The notes: generated by a model from the letters alone, not told the origin. Shown: positions 48,556 to 58,809, counted from the stretch's first letter. The stretch is 64,000 nt of DNA from an uncultured Candidatus Saccharibacteria bacterium (GCA_965230975.1 OZ246402.1:711228-775227); one strand, 5' to 3'. Translations and numbers: made by a program.

Positions 48556-49108
48556 TTTAGAACAAAACAAATTTGATATATCTTTAATAAAACTAATAGT
48601 AGGCCTTGGCAATATGGGCAATGAATTTATTGCTACAAGACACAATGTTGGGTTTGAATTTTTAGACTCACTTGTTTCTGGAGCAAGATTTAAAGAGGAT
48701 AAGGACTTTTTTGCAGATTTTATTGAAGCAAAAATTGAAGATCAAAAGGTTTTACTAATGAAACCTAGGACAATGATGAATCTTTCAGGAAAAGCTGTTA
48801 TTGCTGCAACTAACTTTTATAAAATTAAACCAGAAGAAGTTTTAGTAGTTCATGATGATTTAGACATTAAATTAGGTGCGTTTAAAATACATTTTTCAAA
48901 AGGTCCTAAAGTTCATAATGGTATTCTATCAATTGAAAATAGATTTGGGACTCCAGATTTTTGGCGGTTAAGAATTGGCGTAGATAATAGAGATGTTGTA
49001 ACTAGAAATCATATGACAGGTGCTGCATATGTTTTAGGTAAATTTAAAGCAGATGAAAGAAATTTGATAATACAAACTTACAACGATATAATCAATCAAT
49101 ACTTCTAA
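48548..49108 (+). CDS. pth: Peptidyl-tRNA hydrolase
   Basis: LIVGLGNMGNEFIATRHNVGF plus HNG. Confidence 0.85.
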   Translation: MDNLEQNKFDISLIKLIVGLGNMGNEFIATRHNVGFEFLDSLVSGARFKEDKDFFADFIEAKIEDQKVLLMKPRTMMNLSGKAVIAATNFYKIKPEEVLVVHDDLDIKLGAFKIHFSKGPKVHNGILSIENRFGTPDFWRLRIGVDNRDVVTRNHMTGAAYVLGKFKADERNLIIQTYNDIINQYF

Positions 49109-49113
49109 GTTTT

Positions 49114-49440
49114 TCAAAAAAGATTAATTAGCATTTTCTCAATATCTTTACTACTAATTCGGGCAAGCCCAGGAGTTTTAGCAATTATCAAATATTTCCC
49201 CTTGCGAGGTTGACTATCCTTTAATATTTCAATTAAAGCAGCTCTAAACTTTCTTTTAATAGTATTGCGGACAACAGCGCTTTTACTTACTTTTAAACCA
49301 ACTGCAAGTGCAAATTGAGGGTATTCTAGAGAATTATCCCACCAAACTTTTATATCAAAAAGTTCTGATTGAAGTCTTTTACCCATTTTTGCAACCTGGG
49401 CAATCTCATTTGTGTTTAACCTATACTGTTTTGGAAGCAT
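49114..49440 (-). CDS. rnpA: Ribonuclease P protein component
   Basis: Small basic protein with the RnpA signature region (KSAVVRNTIKRKFR). Confidence 0.75.
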   Translation of the reverse strand: MLPKQYRLNTNEIAQVAKMGKRLQSELFDIKVWWDNSLEYPQFALAVGLKVSKSAVVRNTIKRKFRAALIEILKDSQPRKGKYLIIAKTPGLARISSKDIEKMLINLF

Positions 49441-49590
49441 ATTGAATTATACTAAGATTCATTAAAGAAAGCACCAAAAGTCATATCGAAAAATACTTTA
49501 AATTTTGTTATCATTACAAGTTACGCTACTTCATTGGACTGGGAATGAAAATGCGAATTGAATTTAATATTATAAATGTAAGAAAAAATT

Positions 49591-50955
49591 ATGATAAAGA
49601 TAGAATTTCATGGTGCTGCAAAAACTGTAACAGGTTCAAATTATTTAGTAACAACAGATAAATACCAATTTGTTGTAGATTGCGGAATGTTTCAAGGGCC
49701 AGATGTAGAACACTTAAACCTTAAAGAATTAGATTATGACCCTTCTAAATTAGACTTTGCGCTATTAACACACGCACACATAGATCACTCTGGAATGTTA
49801 CCAAAACTAACAGTAAGAGGCTTTAACGGTAAAATTTATGCTACAAGCCATAGCGTACAAATATCAACAGAATTACTTTTAGATTCTGCAAAAATACAAG
49901 AAAACTCATTCCAAAAAGGTTTACCTTATGGTAGATACACAGGAATAAAAGCAATAGTATTTAATACAAGAGACGCCATAGAAACTATAGGTAAGTTTTC
50001 TGTAGTAAATTTTGAAGAAACTTTTGAACCTGTTCCAGGAATTAAAATTAAATTCTTGAGAGCTGGGCACATATTGGGTGCCGCTTCAATTGAAATTGAT
50101 ATTGATGATAATGGACAAAATAAAAAAATTATTTTCTCTGGAGATATTGGTAGAAAAAAGAGTCATATAATTGAAACATTTGATGCAAATTATAAATCTA
50201 ATCCTGATATTGTTCTTATTGAATCTCTTTACGGAGGTCAAATTCATCCAGACAGAGACGAATCTGCAAGAGAGCTGATTAACATTATAAATAAGACAGT
50301 AGAAAACAGAGGTAATGTATTTATTCCATGTTTTGCAGTTCAAAGAGCTCAGGAGGTTTTGAATGATATTAAAAATGCTAAGGATTCTGGCGTTATGCCA
50401 AAAGAAACTCAAGTTTGGTTAGATTCACCTTTAGCTCAAAGAGTTACAAATATCTACACACAAGCACTTCAAACTACAGAAAAAGATCTGTTCAATTTTG
50501 ATAACCTTGTTTATGTAAAAAAGGCAAAACAGTCGGCTGGAATAACTAATAAAACAGGTAATGTTATCTTGGCAGGTAGTGGAATGGCAGATGGAGGTAG
50601 AATACAAAACCACTTAATTAAAGGTCTTCAAAACTCTAAAAACAGTGTTATTTTTGTAGGATTTCAAGCAGAAGGAACATTGGGTAGAGAACTTATTAGC
50701 GGTGCTAAAAGAGTAACTATTGAAAAAAACAGTGTGAAAGTAAATGCTCAAATTTATCATTTACAAGGTTTTTCCGCACATGGAGACAATAATGACTATA
50801 CTGCTTGGATAAACAGGTTCATTAGCCCTAATTTAAAAAGAGTATTTATGGTTCATGCAGAAGAAGAAAGGGCATTAATGCTTAAAAGCCACTTTGAAAC
50901 GCTTGGAATTCACAATTCGTACATTCCTTCAATGGAAGAGGTTGTTGAGCTGTAA
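49591..50955 (+). CDS. MBL-fold beta-CASP ribonuclease (RNase J / CPSF-like)
   Basis: HAHIDHSG metallo-beta-lactamase motif. Downstream beta-CASP motifs are present and the C-terminal His is conserved. Confidence 0.65.
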   Translation: MIKIEFHGAAKTVTGSNYLVTTDKYQFVVDCGMFQGPDVEHLNLKELDYDPSKLDFALLTHAHIDHSGMLPKLTVRGFNGKIYATSHSVQISTELLLDSAKIQENSFQKGLPYGRYTGIKAIVFNTRDAIETIGKFSVVNFEETFEPVPGIKIKFLRAGHILGAASIEIDIDDNGQNKKIIFSGDIGRKKSHIIETFDANYKSNPDIVLIESLYGGQIHPDRDESARELINIINKTVENRGNVFIPCFAVQRAQEVLNDIKNAKDSGVMPKETQVWLDSPLAQRVTNIYTQALQTTEKDLFNFDNLVYVKKAKQSAGITNKTGNVILAGSGMADGGRIQNHLIKGLQNSKNSVIFVGFQAEGTLGRELISGAKRVTIEKNSVKVNAQIYHLQGFSAHGDNNDYTAWINRFISPNLKRVFMVHAEEERALMLKSHFETLGIHNSYIPSMEEVVEL

Positions 50956-50984
50956 AAATTTGAAAATAAATATAAAATAAGAGT

Positions 50985-51293
50985 ATGTCAAAAGTTACAA
51001 AAGACGAAATAAAAAAAATAGCAAAACTTGCAAAGCTTGAACTTTCTGAGTCAGAGGTAGAAAAATTTGAAAACGAATTTAACGACATTCTAGGCTATGT
51101 ATCAAAAATACAAGAAGTAGACGTATCTGGAATTGATTTTGAACATAATATACAAAATCATTTAGGTGATAAACTTGCACCAGATACAGTCAAGACTTCT
51201 TTAAATAAAGATAAAGCTCTTGAAAATGCTACTAATGGCAGAAGTAAAAATGGTTACTTTAAAACCAGTAAAATAGTAAACAAAGAAGAATAG
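50985..51293 (+). CDS. gatC: Asp-tRNA(Asn)/Glu-tRNA(Gln) amidotransferase subunit C
   Basis: 102 aa with the GatC-like N-terminus ITKDEIKKIAKLAKLELSESEVEKF...ILGYV. Confidence 0.7.
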   Translation: MSKVTKDEIKKIAKLAKLELSESEVEKFENEFNDILGYVSKIQEVDVSGIDFEHNIQNHLGDKLAPDTVKTSLNKDKALENATNGRSKNGYFKTSKIVNKEE

Positions 51294-51309
51294 ATAATAT
51301 TATTAAACA

Positions 51310-51969
51310 TTAAAGTCTTATTCTAGCTAGCTTTCTGTAAGCTGGCGCTCCACCAAGAGTTGTTTGGCTTTCCATAACATCTATATATTCGGGTACAAAC
51401 TCTAAGGGTGCTTCTAATTTGATCACTTTGATTAATGACTCAACCTCTCTAATAAGACTTTTAGGTGCGTGAGGTTTTATTCTAGCTACAGTAATATGAA
51501 AACTATCTGAATGTTTAACTTTCCATCTTACAGTATCTTCTAAACCCATCTCTTTTAATAATGTATGTACAATATTAGCAATGTTAAGTAATTCTGGGCT
51601 ATCTTCAACCTCTGAAAGTACGTGTACAGGATCAAGTTGATCCGGGAAACCAAATTGTACGGGTTTAATTTTAATAGTTGGCTTAGAAAACTGACCTTGC
51701 AAACTTGTTAATCTTTGAATTAAAAAATCCTTGCTTGCATTACTAACCTCTGGACCTATAAATTTAACTGTAATGTGTATTTGATCAAGTGGAATAGGCC
51801 TTAAATTTCTTTTTTGTTTATCTAGCTCTCTTAAAACATTTCTAAAATATTCGCGATATTCTTCAGGAGGGAAAATAGCTAAAAACAATCTGTATGTACC
51901 CGGCTTTTGCAATGGCTTTCTTTTCTTTTTAAACCTATCGTCAGGAAGTCTTTTTCTTTGATTATTCAT
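51310..51969 (-). CDS. RNA 2',3'-cyclic phosphodiesterase / 2'-5' RNA ligase (LigT/ThpR, 2H family)
   Basis: Two H-x-T-x motifs (HITVKF and HITVAR) at the expected spacing. Confidence 0.7.
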   Translation of the reverse strand: MNNQRKRLPDDRFKKKRKPLQKPGTYRLFLAIFPPEEYREYFRNVLRELDKQKRNLRPIPLDQIHITVKFIGPEVSNASKDFLIQRLTSLQGQFSKPTIKIKPVQFGFPDQLDPVHVLSEVEDSPELLNIANIVHTLLKEMGLEDTVRWKVKHSDSFHITVARIKPHAPKSLIREVESLIKVIKLEAPLEFVPEYIDVMESQTTLGGAPAYRKLARIRL

Positions 51970-52006
51970 ACTGGTATTTTAACACATACCCTATAGATTA
52001 TACTGA

Positions 52007-53053
52007 TTATAAAAATAATTGTTGAACATCAAAATCTTCTGGTGGCGTTGAATCGTTTGATTCAGAAGTGTTGCTATTTTCAGATTTAGTATCGTTGGTT
52101 TTTGGTTTTGCCCCACTCCAAAATCTTGTATTGTTTAAGAACATATACGGTTTACTAAACTCGCTACCTTCAGGTATCAAATTAATTTGTGATAATGCAG
52201 ACCTGGTTTTAGCAGATAAATTATCTATATGTGTTAGCATTAACGCCTCCGTTGTACTTGGTAAGACTGGACTTCCCATATCAATTGAACCATGGTGAGA
52301 AAGTATCAGGTGACAAATATGTAAAAATGTATCTTCTGGCAAATCTTTTCCTCCAAACCTTTCAAACATCATAACACCCAATACTATATGACCAATTAAA
52401 CCACCTTTTTTTGTATAGACAGTAGAAACTCCATTTGTACCAAGCTCTTCTATTTTTCCAATATCGTGTAAAATAATTCCAGCGGTTAGAACATCATAAT
52501 TAAGTTGAGGGTAAAACCTTCTCATGCTTTTAGAAATAGTTATCATTTCTAATACATGTTGAAGCAGTCCAGACCTAAAATCATGGTGTATTGAGCTTGC
52601 AGCAACAGAGTATTTAAACTTACTAAGAACCTCGGGGTCTTTTAAAATTTTTGTTAATACCTTTTTTATCCCTTCATCTTGAATTTGATTTACTTCTTGC
52701 ATCAACTCATTAATCATGTCATCTGCGTTATATTCACTAGATTCTAAAAAATCATCTAAAGCGTTTTCATCTACACCCTCGGCTTTTAAAATATTCATTT
52801 GCAAATTCCCTTTATATTCTTCAATCTTTGCAGATACAGATATTATTTTTCCAACTTCTAAACACTTAATATCAACGCTAGGTAATTTATCGTTCCAAAT
52901 TTTTGATTGAACCCTACCGGTTTTATCTCCTAACACTAGTTTATAATATGGCTTACCATTTTTATCTTCCATTTTTTCCGATTCAAAAACGGCAAATGTT
53001 TCAGAGTCAATAACCTGATTTTTAACAAAATCTTTTACATATGTACTTTTCAT
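52007..53053 (-). CDS. YhaM-like 3'-5' exonuclease (OB-fold + HD domain)
   Basis: N-terminal OB fold, then HD motifs ILHDIGK and HLILSHHG. Confidence 0.65.
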   Translation of the reverse strand: MKSTYVKDFVKNQVIDSETFAVFESEKMEDKNGKPYYKLVLGDKTGRVQSKIWNDKLPSVDIKCLEVGKIISVSAKIEEYKGNLQMNILKAEGVDENALDDFLESSEYNADDMINELMQEVNQIQDEGIKKVLTKILKDPEVLSKFKYSVAASSIHHDFRSGLLQHVLEMITISKSMRRFYPQLNYDVLTAGIILHDIGKIEELGTNGVSTVYTKKGGLIGHIVLGVMMFERFGGKDLPEDTFLHICHLILSHHGSIDMGSPVLPSTTEALMLTHIDNLSAKTRSALSQINLIPEGSEFSKPYMFLNNTRFWSGAKPKTNDTKSENSNTSESNDSTPPEDFDVQQLFL

Positions 53054-53109
53054 ATATTTACAAACACTTAATTATTAATAGTATTTTACCAGAAGTTATA
53101 AATTGGAGC

Positions 53110-53394
53110 TTAATTAAATTTTATAAAGTAGTAAAGCCAAAATCCCGCAATACTTGCTACTTCAATAATAATTGAAAGTATAATCCCCACAACTTTCATC
53201 CCTCTAAGTAATAGAGCATTAGGTAGTATTTTAACTACTCCAAAAAGTATAGATACAATGTTAATAACCGTGGCAGCTATACTTACGGCTAAAAATGCGC
53301 CAGCATCTCCTAAAAAAGATGTTCTTAATGCTAAATATGCAACTATAGGAATGGCAATGCTTCTAAGAACTGTAAAAAAGATTCTTATTAACAT
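53110..53394 (-). CDS. Small integral membrane protein
   Basis: 94 aa with 3 TM helices. Confidence 0.4.
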   Translation of the reverse strand: MLIRIFFTVLRSIAIPIVAYLALRTSFLGDAGAFLAVSIAATVINIVSILFGVVKILPNALLLRGMKVVGIILSIIIEVASIAGFWLYYFIKFN

Positions 53395-53396
53395 AC

Positions 53397-53675
53397 TTAT
53401 ATTATTTTATCTTTTAAAAACCAAGTAAACACACCACCAACTATCAATCCTGCAATTACTCCTACAATAGCCCCATTAACAAAGCTAGTTTGAGTTTCCT
53501 CACTAACTGCTGGACTTTGAGTAGATGGTTGTTCTGTAGAATCATCACCAACTGGCAATTCGGGTTGAGTATTTTCTTCAATTACCGGAGCCATTAAAGT
53601 TGTGTCTTGAGCAACTATATGAAAAGGTAATAAAGAAGTTAAAATCAATACTGCAAAAAGAGTTAAAATTTTCAT
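53397..53675 (-). CDS. Small secreted/bitopic protein (signal peptide + C-terminal TM)
   Basis: 92 aa with a P/E/T/S-rich middle. Confidence 0.4.
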   Translation of the reverse strand: MKILTLFAVLILTSLLPFHIVAQDTTLMAPVIEENTQPELPVGDDSTEQPSTQSPAVSEETQTSFVNGAIVGVIAGLIVGGVFTWFLKDKII

Positions 53676-53744
53676 AAAGGTTTAAAATAATTACTAATAA
53701 TAATACTTTAGTTATAAAATATTTTAAAGTAGAAACCAAAATAA

Positions 53745-53772
53745 AAGCGGTCCCAATTTCTTGGGACCGCTT
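53745..53772 (-). terminator. Intrinsic terminator of the Cys-rich protein gene
   Basis: AAGCGGTCCCAA-tttc-TTGGGACCGCTT. On the minus strand it is followed by TTTTATTTT. Confidence 0.55.
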
Positions 53773-53792
53773 GTGTTAAAAACATTTTAAAA

Positions 53793-55553
53793 TTACAAAT
53801 CCGTATCTATGTTTTTTATTGGTAAGCAGGCATCATCTGAAATTTCTGGCAAATCAGGTAAATCTGCATATCCAACATTACAAGTACTTGAAGTTGGAGC
53901 TTTTGCAATAAATTTAAGTGTAAATTCATAGTAATTACCCGGAGCGATTGACCCTAACACACTGCTAGATGCTACATTTGCAATTTGAATTTCTCCATTA
54001 ATTTTCAATGTTAAGTGTGGGTTTATATCAGATATAGAACCACCTGAGCTTTTAATTGCAGAACCACCAACATATGTTATGTAGTTTGAATTATAGACAT
54101 CTCTAAATCTTACATTTGTAAGAGTTGTTTGACCAATATTTGTAATTCGTACTCTAAAAGTTACAAGCTCACCAATATTGAAAGGACCTTGGTTTCCTTC
54201 TAATACTTTTTCAATTTTATAGTTAGGCGGAATTACCTCTTGTGGCTGACATGTTGCAGAACTAGTATTTGACGGTAGTCTACATCTGTTTGTTCCGTCA
54301 ATGTTTGTACAACTTAATCCAGATGGACATAATAAGTCAGTATTATTACAAAGGTCATTACACTTTGGTTGTACAACCGCTGGTTGGCAAGTTGCAGAAC
54401 TTGGGTTTGCAGGCAATCTACATCTATTTGTTCCTGCTACATTTGTACAGGTTAATCCATTACCACAAAGTCTATTAGTTGTATTACACTCATCATTACA
54501 TGCAACAGTTTGAGGTTGTTCAGGTTGACATGTTGCAGATGATAGATTTGCAGGTAATCTACATCTATTAATGCCAGCAATATTTGTACAAGTTAAACCA
54601 TTACCACAAAGTCTATCTGAAGTATTACACTCGTCATTACAAGAAACAGTTTGAGTTTGTGGAGGTTGGCAAGCAACCCATTCTGGATGATCTGTTAATC
54701 TACATTTATAGCCTCCACCTAAATTAGTGCAAGTTAAACCATTTTGACAAGCTCTACCATTATCTGATGGACCACATGGGTGTTCACAAGCAGCTAATGA
54801 TGGTTGAACTGGTGGGTTTGTAGGAGTAGGAGGTGTGACAGTATTTGTTGGGAAACAGTCACCAGAACAATTTATTCTAGATCTGAAAACTAAATTTACT
54901 CCAGATGTTTTTATACAATCTGCTTGTCTAACGCTACAGCTTGGTGTACCTGCAATAAACGCCATAGCTTCTGATTCGCCTACAATTTTAATTGCACTGG
55001 TAGTAGGATTACATCCTTGAGCATAGGTTCCACAAGCATTCTGCTGAGCACTACACTCGTATAATTGCCATAAACCACTCTCACATTTGCCATTTTGGTA
55101 TTTACCACTTTGTGTTCCTATTGTACCTATATAGCCTTGGTTTGTTGAACCAGAAGTACCGCCACTATTGTTATTATTGTTTTGACTTGCATTATAGTCT
55201 GAAGGACAGTTTTCAGGTGTTTCTCCTGGTGGATTGTATTGACCATCTCCACAAGAAGCTGGTGTACCTCCTGTTCCACCATTACCAACACAAATATTTA
55301 CACAAGCATTGTAACAACCTTCAACCCATTGAGGGTTATTATTTTGCATTCCACCTTGAATACAACTTTGAGTACATTGATCGATTGTTTGAAAGTTCGA
55401 GTTACCTGGGCAAGAATCTGCACTTTGAGCGAAAGCGAGTCTATCACTATTAGTTACAATACTAAATGCGGTAAATATTCCGGCAATTATTAATATAAAC
55501 GTATATAAATATAATGCTACCTTTATGTTCATTTTCGGGATTTGTATTTTCAT
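53793..55553 (-). CDS. Secreted cysteine-rich tandem-repeat protein with C-terminal DUF11/CARDB-like beta domain
   Basis: N-terminal signal anchor. Four ~45-aa repeats of the form CNDECNT-RLCGNGLTCTN-GTNRCRLPAN-SSATCQP. The C-terminal ~160 aa are beta-rich. Confidence 0.6.
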   Translation of the reverse strand: MKIQIPKMNIKVALYLYTFILIIAGIFTAFSIVTNSDRLAFAQSADSCPGNSNFQTIDQCTQSCIQGGMQNNNPQWVEGCYNACVNICVGNGGTGGTPASCGDGQYNPPGETPENCPSDYNASQNNNNNSGGTSGSTNQGYIGTIGTQSGKYQNGKCESGLWQLYECSAQQNACGTYAQGCNPTTSAIKIVGESEAMAFIAGTPSCSVRQADCIKTSGVNLVFRSRINCSGDCFPTNTVTPPTPTNPPVQPSLAACEHPCGPSDNGRACQNGLTCTNLGGGYKCRLTDHPEWVACQPPQTQTVSCNDECNTSDRLCGNGLTCTNIAGINRCRLPANLSSATCQPEQPQTVACNDECNTTNRLCGNGLTCTNVAGTNRCRLPANPSSATCQPAVVQPKCNDLCNNTDLLCPSGLSCTNIDGTNRCRLPSNTSSATCQPQEVIPPNYKIEKVLEGNQGPFNIGELVTFRVRITNIGQTTLTNVRFRDVYNSNYITYVGGSAIKSSGGSISDINPHLTLKINGEIQIANVASSSVLGSIAPGNYYEFTLKFIAKAPTSSTCNVGYADLPDLPEISDDACLPIKNIDTDL

Positions 55554-55769
55554 ACTTTTAACTAAAAAGTAATAATTCTATATTAAAGACAAGCAAAAAT
55601 ATGCTTATTCAAATATATCGATTATATCATGACAAAAACAAAATAGTCACTATTAAAATAAAGCTATAAACATTATTGATAAACGCTTATAGCAAAGACT
55701 ATTCATGCTTTGTAAACAAAGTGTAAATATAAAAATCAACTCAAATTCAATCAACTTTAGAGCTTAATA

Positions 55770-57167
55770 GTGATTTTTGTAATACAATATGAAAGTCATA
55801 AATTTAACACTATGTTTGGCAGGAATAAAAGCAAAAAACATACAACACTAATTTCTAAACGAGACTCTAAAATTACTAAGCACAAAAAGCCAAGTACTAA
55901 AGGAAAGCCAGATATTCAAATTTTAATCGTATCTACGTTTCTAACACTATTTGGAGTAATTATGGTTTTCAGTGCAAGTGCATTTTTAAGCTTGCAAAAC
56001 GAAAGCTTTAATAATGACCCATTTTATATATTCAATAGACACCTAATTTGGATTTTTGCATCTGTAATATTTGCATATATATTTTATAAATTGCCAATCA
56101 ATAGTCTTACAAAGCTTTCGCTTGTATGGATTATTATCATGATAGTGATTATGATTTACATGTTGCCAGAAGCTTTATCTTCAATAGCAGACCCTCAAAC
56201 TTGTAGAAAAGCAATCGAAATGCCTTTGGTAAACACAAAAAATTGTGGAACAAGATGGATTGATTTAGGCTTTTTTGATATGCAACCATCTGAATTTATA
56301 AAAATTCCGCTTATTATTTTTACAGCTTATTGGATTAGTTTAGGAGACAAATCAAAAAAGAAAGTAGAGGAGTACATAAAGAGATTTAAAAATAATGAAG
56401 TTCTTCATTTCATATTATATGTAAGCTTGGTTTTCTTACCATTCCTTTTACTCGCAATTGTGGTACTTCTTGTATTAGCACAAAGAGACTTAGATAGCGC
56501 AATTGTTATTGCAGTTCCAATAATAGCGATTTATTTTGCGGCCACTACAAAAAGATCTCAAATCTACTCATTAATAGGTGTTTTAGTAATAGGCGTTTTT
56601 GCCGGTTTATTATTAGTTACACAACAAGACTATAGACGAGGAAGGTCTGATTCTTATGTAGAGATCTTACTAGAAGGAGAACCCAGTGTACAATCTCAAT
56701 CGTCAACAGGATTTCAAGTTTGGCATGGTTTAATAGCAATAGGTTCTGGTGGAGTATTTGGGAAAGGTTATAACGAATCAAGAGAAAAATTTTACTACTT
56801 GCAAGAAGCAGCTTATACAGATTCTATATTTGCCGTAACTGCAGAGGAATTTGGTTTAATAGGGTCAGTAACAATTTTATTAAGTTTTCTATTTCTTGGC
56901 TCAAGAGGTTTTAGAAATGCATCTGAAAATCCTAGCAAATTTGAATCATATGTAATTATTGGGATAACAACTTGGATTTTAATTCAGGCATTCCTGAATA
57001 TTGCGGCAAACTTATCTATTATTCCTTTCGCAGGAATGCCGTTACCTTTCTTTTCTTATGGCGGAAGCAATACTTTAATGATTTTAATTGCTATTGGAGT
57101 TTTGCTCAATTTAAGCAGAAAACATATATCTACTAGAGATAATCCACTATTTAGAAGGCGAATTTAA
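55770..57167 (+). CDS. FtsW/RodA/SpoVE (SEDS) family peptidoglycan glycosyltransferase
   Basis: SEDS signature near the C-terminus (GMPLPFFSYGGSN). The start is uncertain: MIFV at 55770 or MFGRN 14 codons later. Confidence 0.8.
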   Translation: MIFVIQYESHKFNTMFGRNKSKKHTTLISKRDSKITKHKKPSTKGKPDIQILIVSTFLTLFGVIMVFSASAFLSLQNESFNNDPFYIFNRHLIWIFASVIFAYIFYKLPINSLTKLSLVWIIIMIVIMIYMLPEALSSIADPQTCRKAIEMPLVNTKNCGTRWIDLGFFDMQPSEFIKIPLIIFTAYWISLGDKSKKKVEEYIKRFKNNEVLHFILYVSLVFLPFLLLAIVVLLVLAQRDLDSAIVIAVPIIAIYFAATTKRSQIYSLIGVLVIGVFAGLLLVTQQDYRRGRSDSYVEILLEGEPSVQSQSSTGFQVWHGLIAIGSGGVFGKGYNESREKFYYLQEAAYTDSIFAVTAEEFGLIGSVTILLSFLFLGSRGFRNASENPSKFESYVIIGITTWILIQAFLNIAANLSIIPFAGMPLPFFSYGGSNTLMILIAIGVLLNLSRKHISTRDNPLFRRRI

Positions 57168-57260
57168 AGGTTTAATTTGCTATAAATTAACTTTGAATAA
57201 ACACTCATAATTTTCAAAATAAATGCACCAAGGCTATTTTATTAAGTGTAAAAGTAAAAC

Positions 57261-57304
57261 GCGGTTGAGTAGTTATTAAGTTCAAATTTTAACTACTCAA
57301 CCGC
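57261..57304. terminator. Bidirectional terminator hairpin with long stem
   Basis: GCGGTTGAGTAGTT and AACTACTCAACCGC form a perfect 14-bp stem with a 16-nt loop, between convergent genes. Confidence 0.5.
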
Positions 57305-57315
57305 TTAAAGTTTGT

Positions 57316-58809
57316 TTACCCTATTACCTTTAAAAATGAAGATGTTATTAAAAATAACAAAATTGCAAAAGTTACAATCAGTATAAGTTTTAGCAAAAGC
57401 CCATAAATATTGTTAAATCTGCCAAAAATGGTTAAAGGAAATATTCTTTTATCTAATGTTTCTTTTACATAATTTGGAGCCATAATAAAGCTTAATGAGG
57501 CAAAACAAACCCACCATAATATTGATACAAAGATTGTTGGGTAGACAAATAATGAAAAGATTGGGACAGAAATTATTACAAATGCTATAGCGTAAAGCAC
57601 TTTATTATTATATAAATTTGCTTTTAAGGCTTTAGTTAAGTTAATTACTGCAAAGCTACCAAAAACAATATATGTAATAAAACCTATTAAACCTTGTATT
57701 CTTATAATATTAGAAAGTAACGAAGTATCTCCAATTGCACCTTTGAAGCCCGTTCCCATAAATACTGTCAAAAAGTTCTTGCTGGATTCTGAAAATAAAT
57801 AGTTGAATGAGTTAATAACACTATTAAAATCTGAAGTTATTCTGCTAACTTGATAAGTATTAGAGGCCAACATGCCTAAAATCAAAAGTAATATTAGCGC
57901 AGGAGAAGCAAATATTAACCCAACAAATAAGTTTCTTAAAAATAACCTAAGGTTGGTTACTTGTTTCTTAACTTTTATTTGTTTAAAAGAGGCTTTAAGC
58001 TCTTTTATATAAGATTTTATAACATTAGGATTAGTTTTATAAATAACAAAATCTAAAGTTAATGTAGACAAAAATAGAGGGACTAAAATATCTCCTAAAG
58101 CTATAGAAAAATTTTTAAAAGTGTAAAGTTGAACAAATACAAATGAAAGTAAGCCTATCAAAAGCAGTGTTCTAAATAATTTTAGCCTTCCAGAATTTAA
58201 AATTAGTATAAAAAAGAAGGCTGAGTAAATTACTAAAGCAGGTAATTCTGCGGACAATGAAACTTTATTTGTTACAAAAATTAAAGCTAATAGGTACATC
58301 GAAAACCCTAAAAATAAGAATCTTAAAAGAATTTTTAACCTGTTAGAATTAATAATGTAGTTTCTAACAAAGTAAAATAACAGCAAGAATAAAAACACCG
58401 CAAGACCAGAAACTATTTTTAAATCCTTAGACCCAAAAGTATTTGCAACGTTTGCTGGCAAAGCAAAAACAGATGCTGTGGTAGAAAAAAGTGTATATAA
58501 TATAACAGACATAAAGAATAAAGGGTCTTTAAGTTCTGTTTTACCAAAAAGAACTATCTTTCCAACATATAGAAATAGTAAAAACCCTAAAAATAAAACT
58601 ATAAAGCTCATTACTGATTGTTCCCAACTTACAGAGTTAAATTTATAGAATGGTAAAACTACAAACATTAGCGGTACAGTAATATAAAATAACCATTCTA
58701 TTAAATTTCCTAAGGCACCTAATTTTCTATTTTTTGATAGTGATAAATCTGGAAGTGTAATAATAAAATTTGTCTTTAATGCAGGTACGTTAATTGCGTA
58801 TCTTTTCAT
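57316..58809 (-). CDS. Large polytopic membrane protein (>=12 TM helices), function unknown
   Basis: 497 aa and hydrophobic throughout. No motif recognised. Confidence 0.45.
   Translation of the reverse strand: MKRYAINVPALKTNFIITLPDLSLSKNRKLGALGNLIEWLFYITVPLMFVVLPFYKFNSVSWEQSVMSFIVLFLGFLLFLYVGKIVLFGKTELKDPLFFMSVILYTLFSTTASVFALPANVANTFGSKDLKIVSGLAVFLFLLLFYFVRNYIINSNRLKILLRFLFLGFSMYLLALIFVTNKVSLSAELPALVIYSAFFFILILNSGRLKLFRTLLLIGLLSFVFVQLYTFKNFSIALGDILVPLFLSTLTLDFVIYKTNPNVIKSYIKELKASFKQIKVKKQVTNLRLFLRNLFVGLIFASPALILLLILGMLASNTYQVSRITSDFNSVINSFNYLFSESSKNFLTVFMGTGFKGAIGDTSLLSNIIRIQGLIGFITYIVFGSFAVINLTKALKANLYNNKVLYAIAFVIISVPIFSLFVYPTIFVSILWWVCFASLSFIMAPNYVKETLDKRIFPLTIFGRFNNIYGLLLKLILIVTFAILLFLITSSFLKVIG

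Noticed and set aside
49441-49590. Looked for rpmH (L34) upstream of rnpA
   Set aside because: No Arg/Lys-rich ~45-aa ORF is present in any frame. Only a promoter-like TATAAT lies next to the rnpA start.
50086-50613. Minus-strand ORFs of 108 and 60 aa
   Set aside because: They lie antisense inside the beta-CASP RNase gene. They have low-complexity I/N/F-rich composition from the AT-rich antisense strand.
54270-54710. ~135-bp direct DNA repeats
   Set aside because: These are coding repeats of the second Cys-rich protein (minus strand), not a CRISPR or satellite array.
54269-55493. Several plus-strand ORFs of 61-113 aa
   Set aside because: All lie antisense within the 586-aa Cys-rich gene, and their His/Tyr/Leu-rich compositions are artefacts of the repeat DNA.
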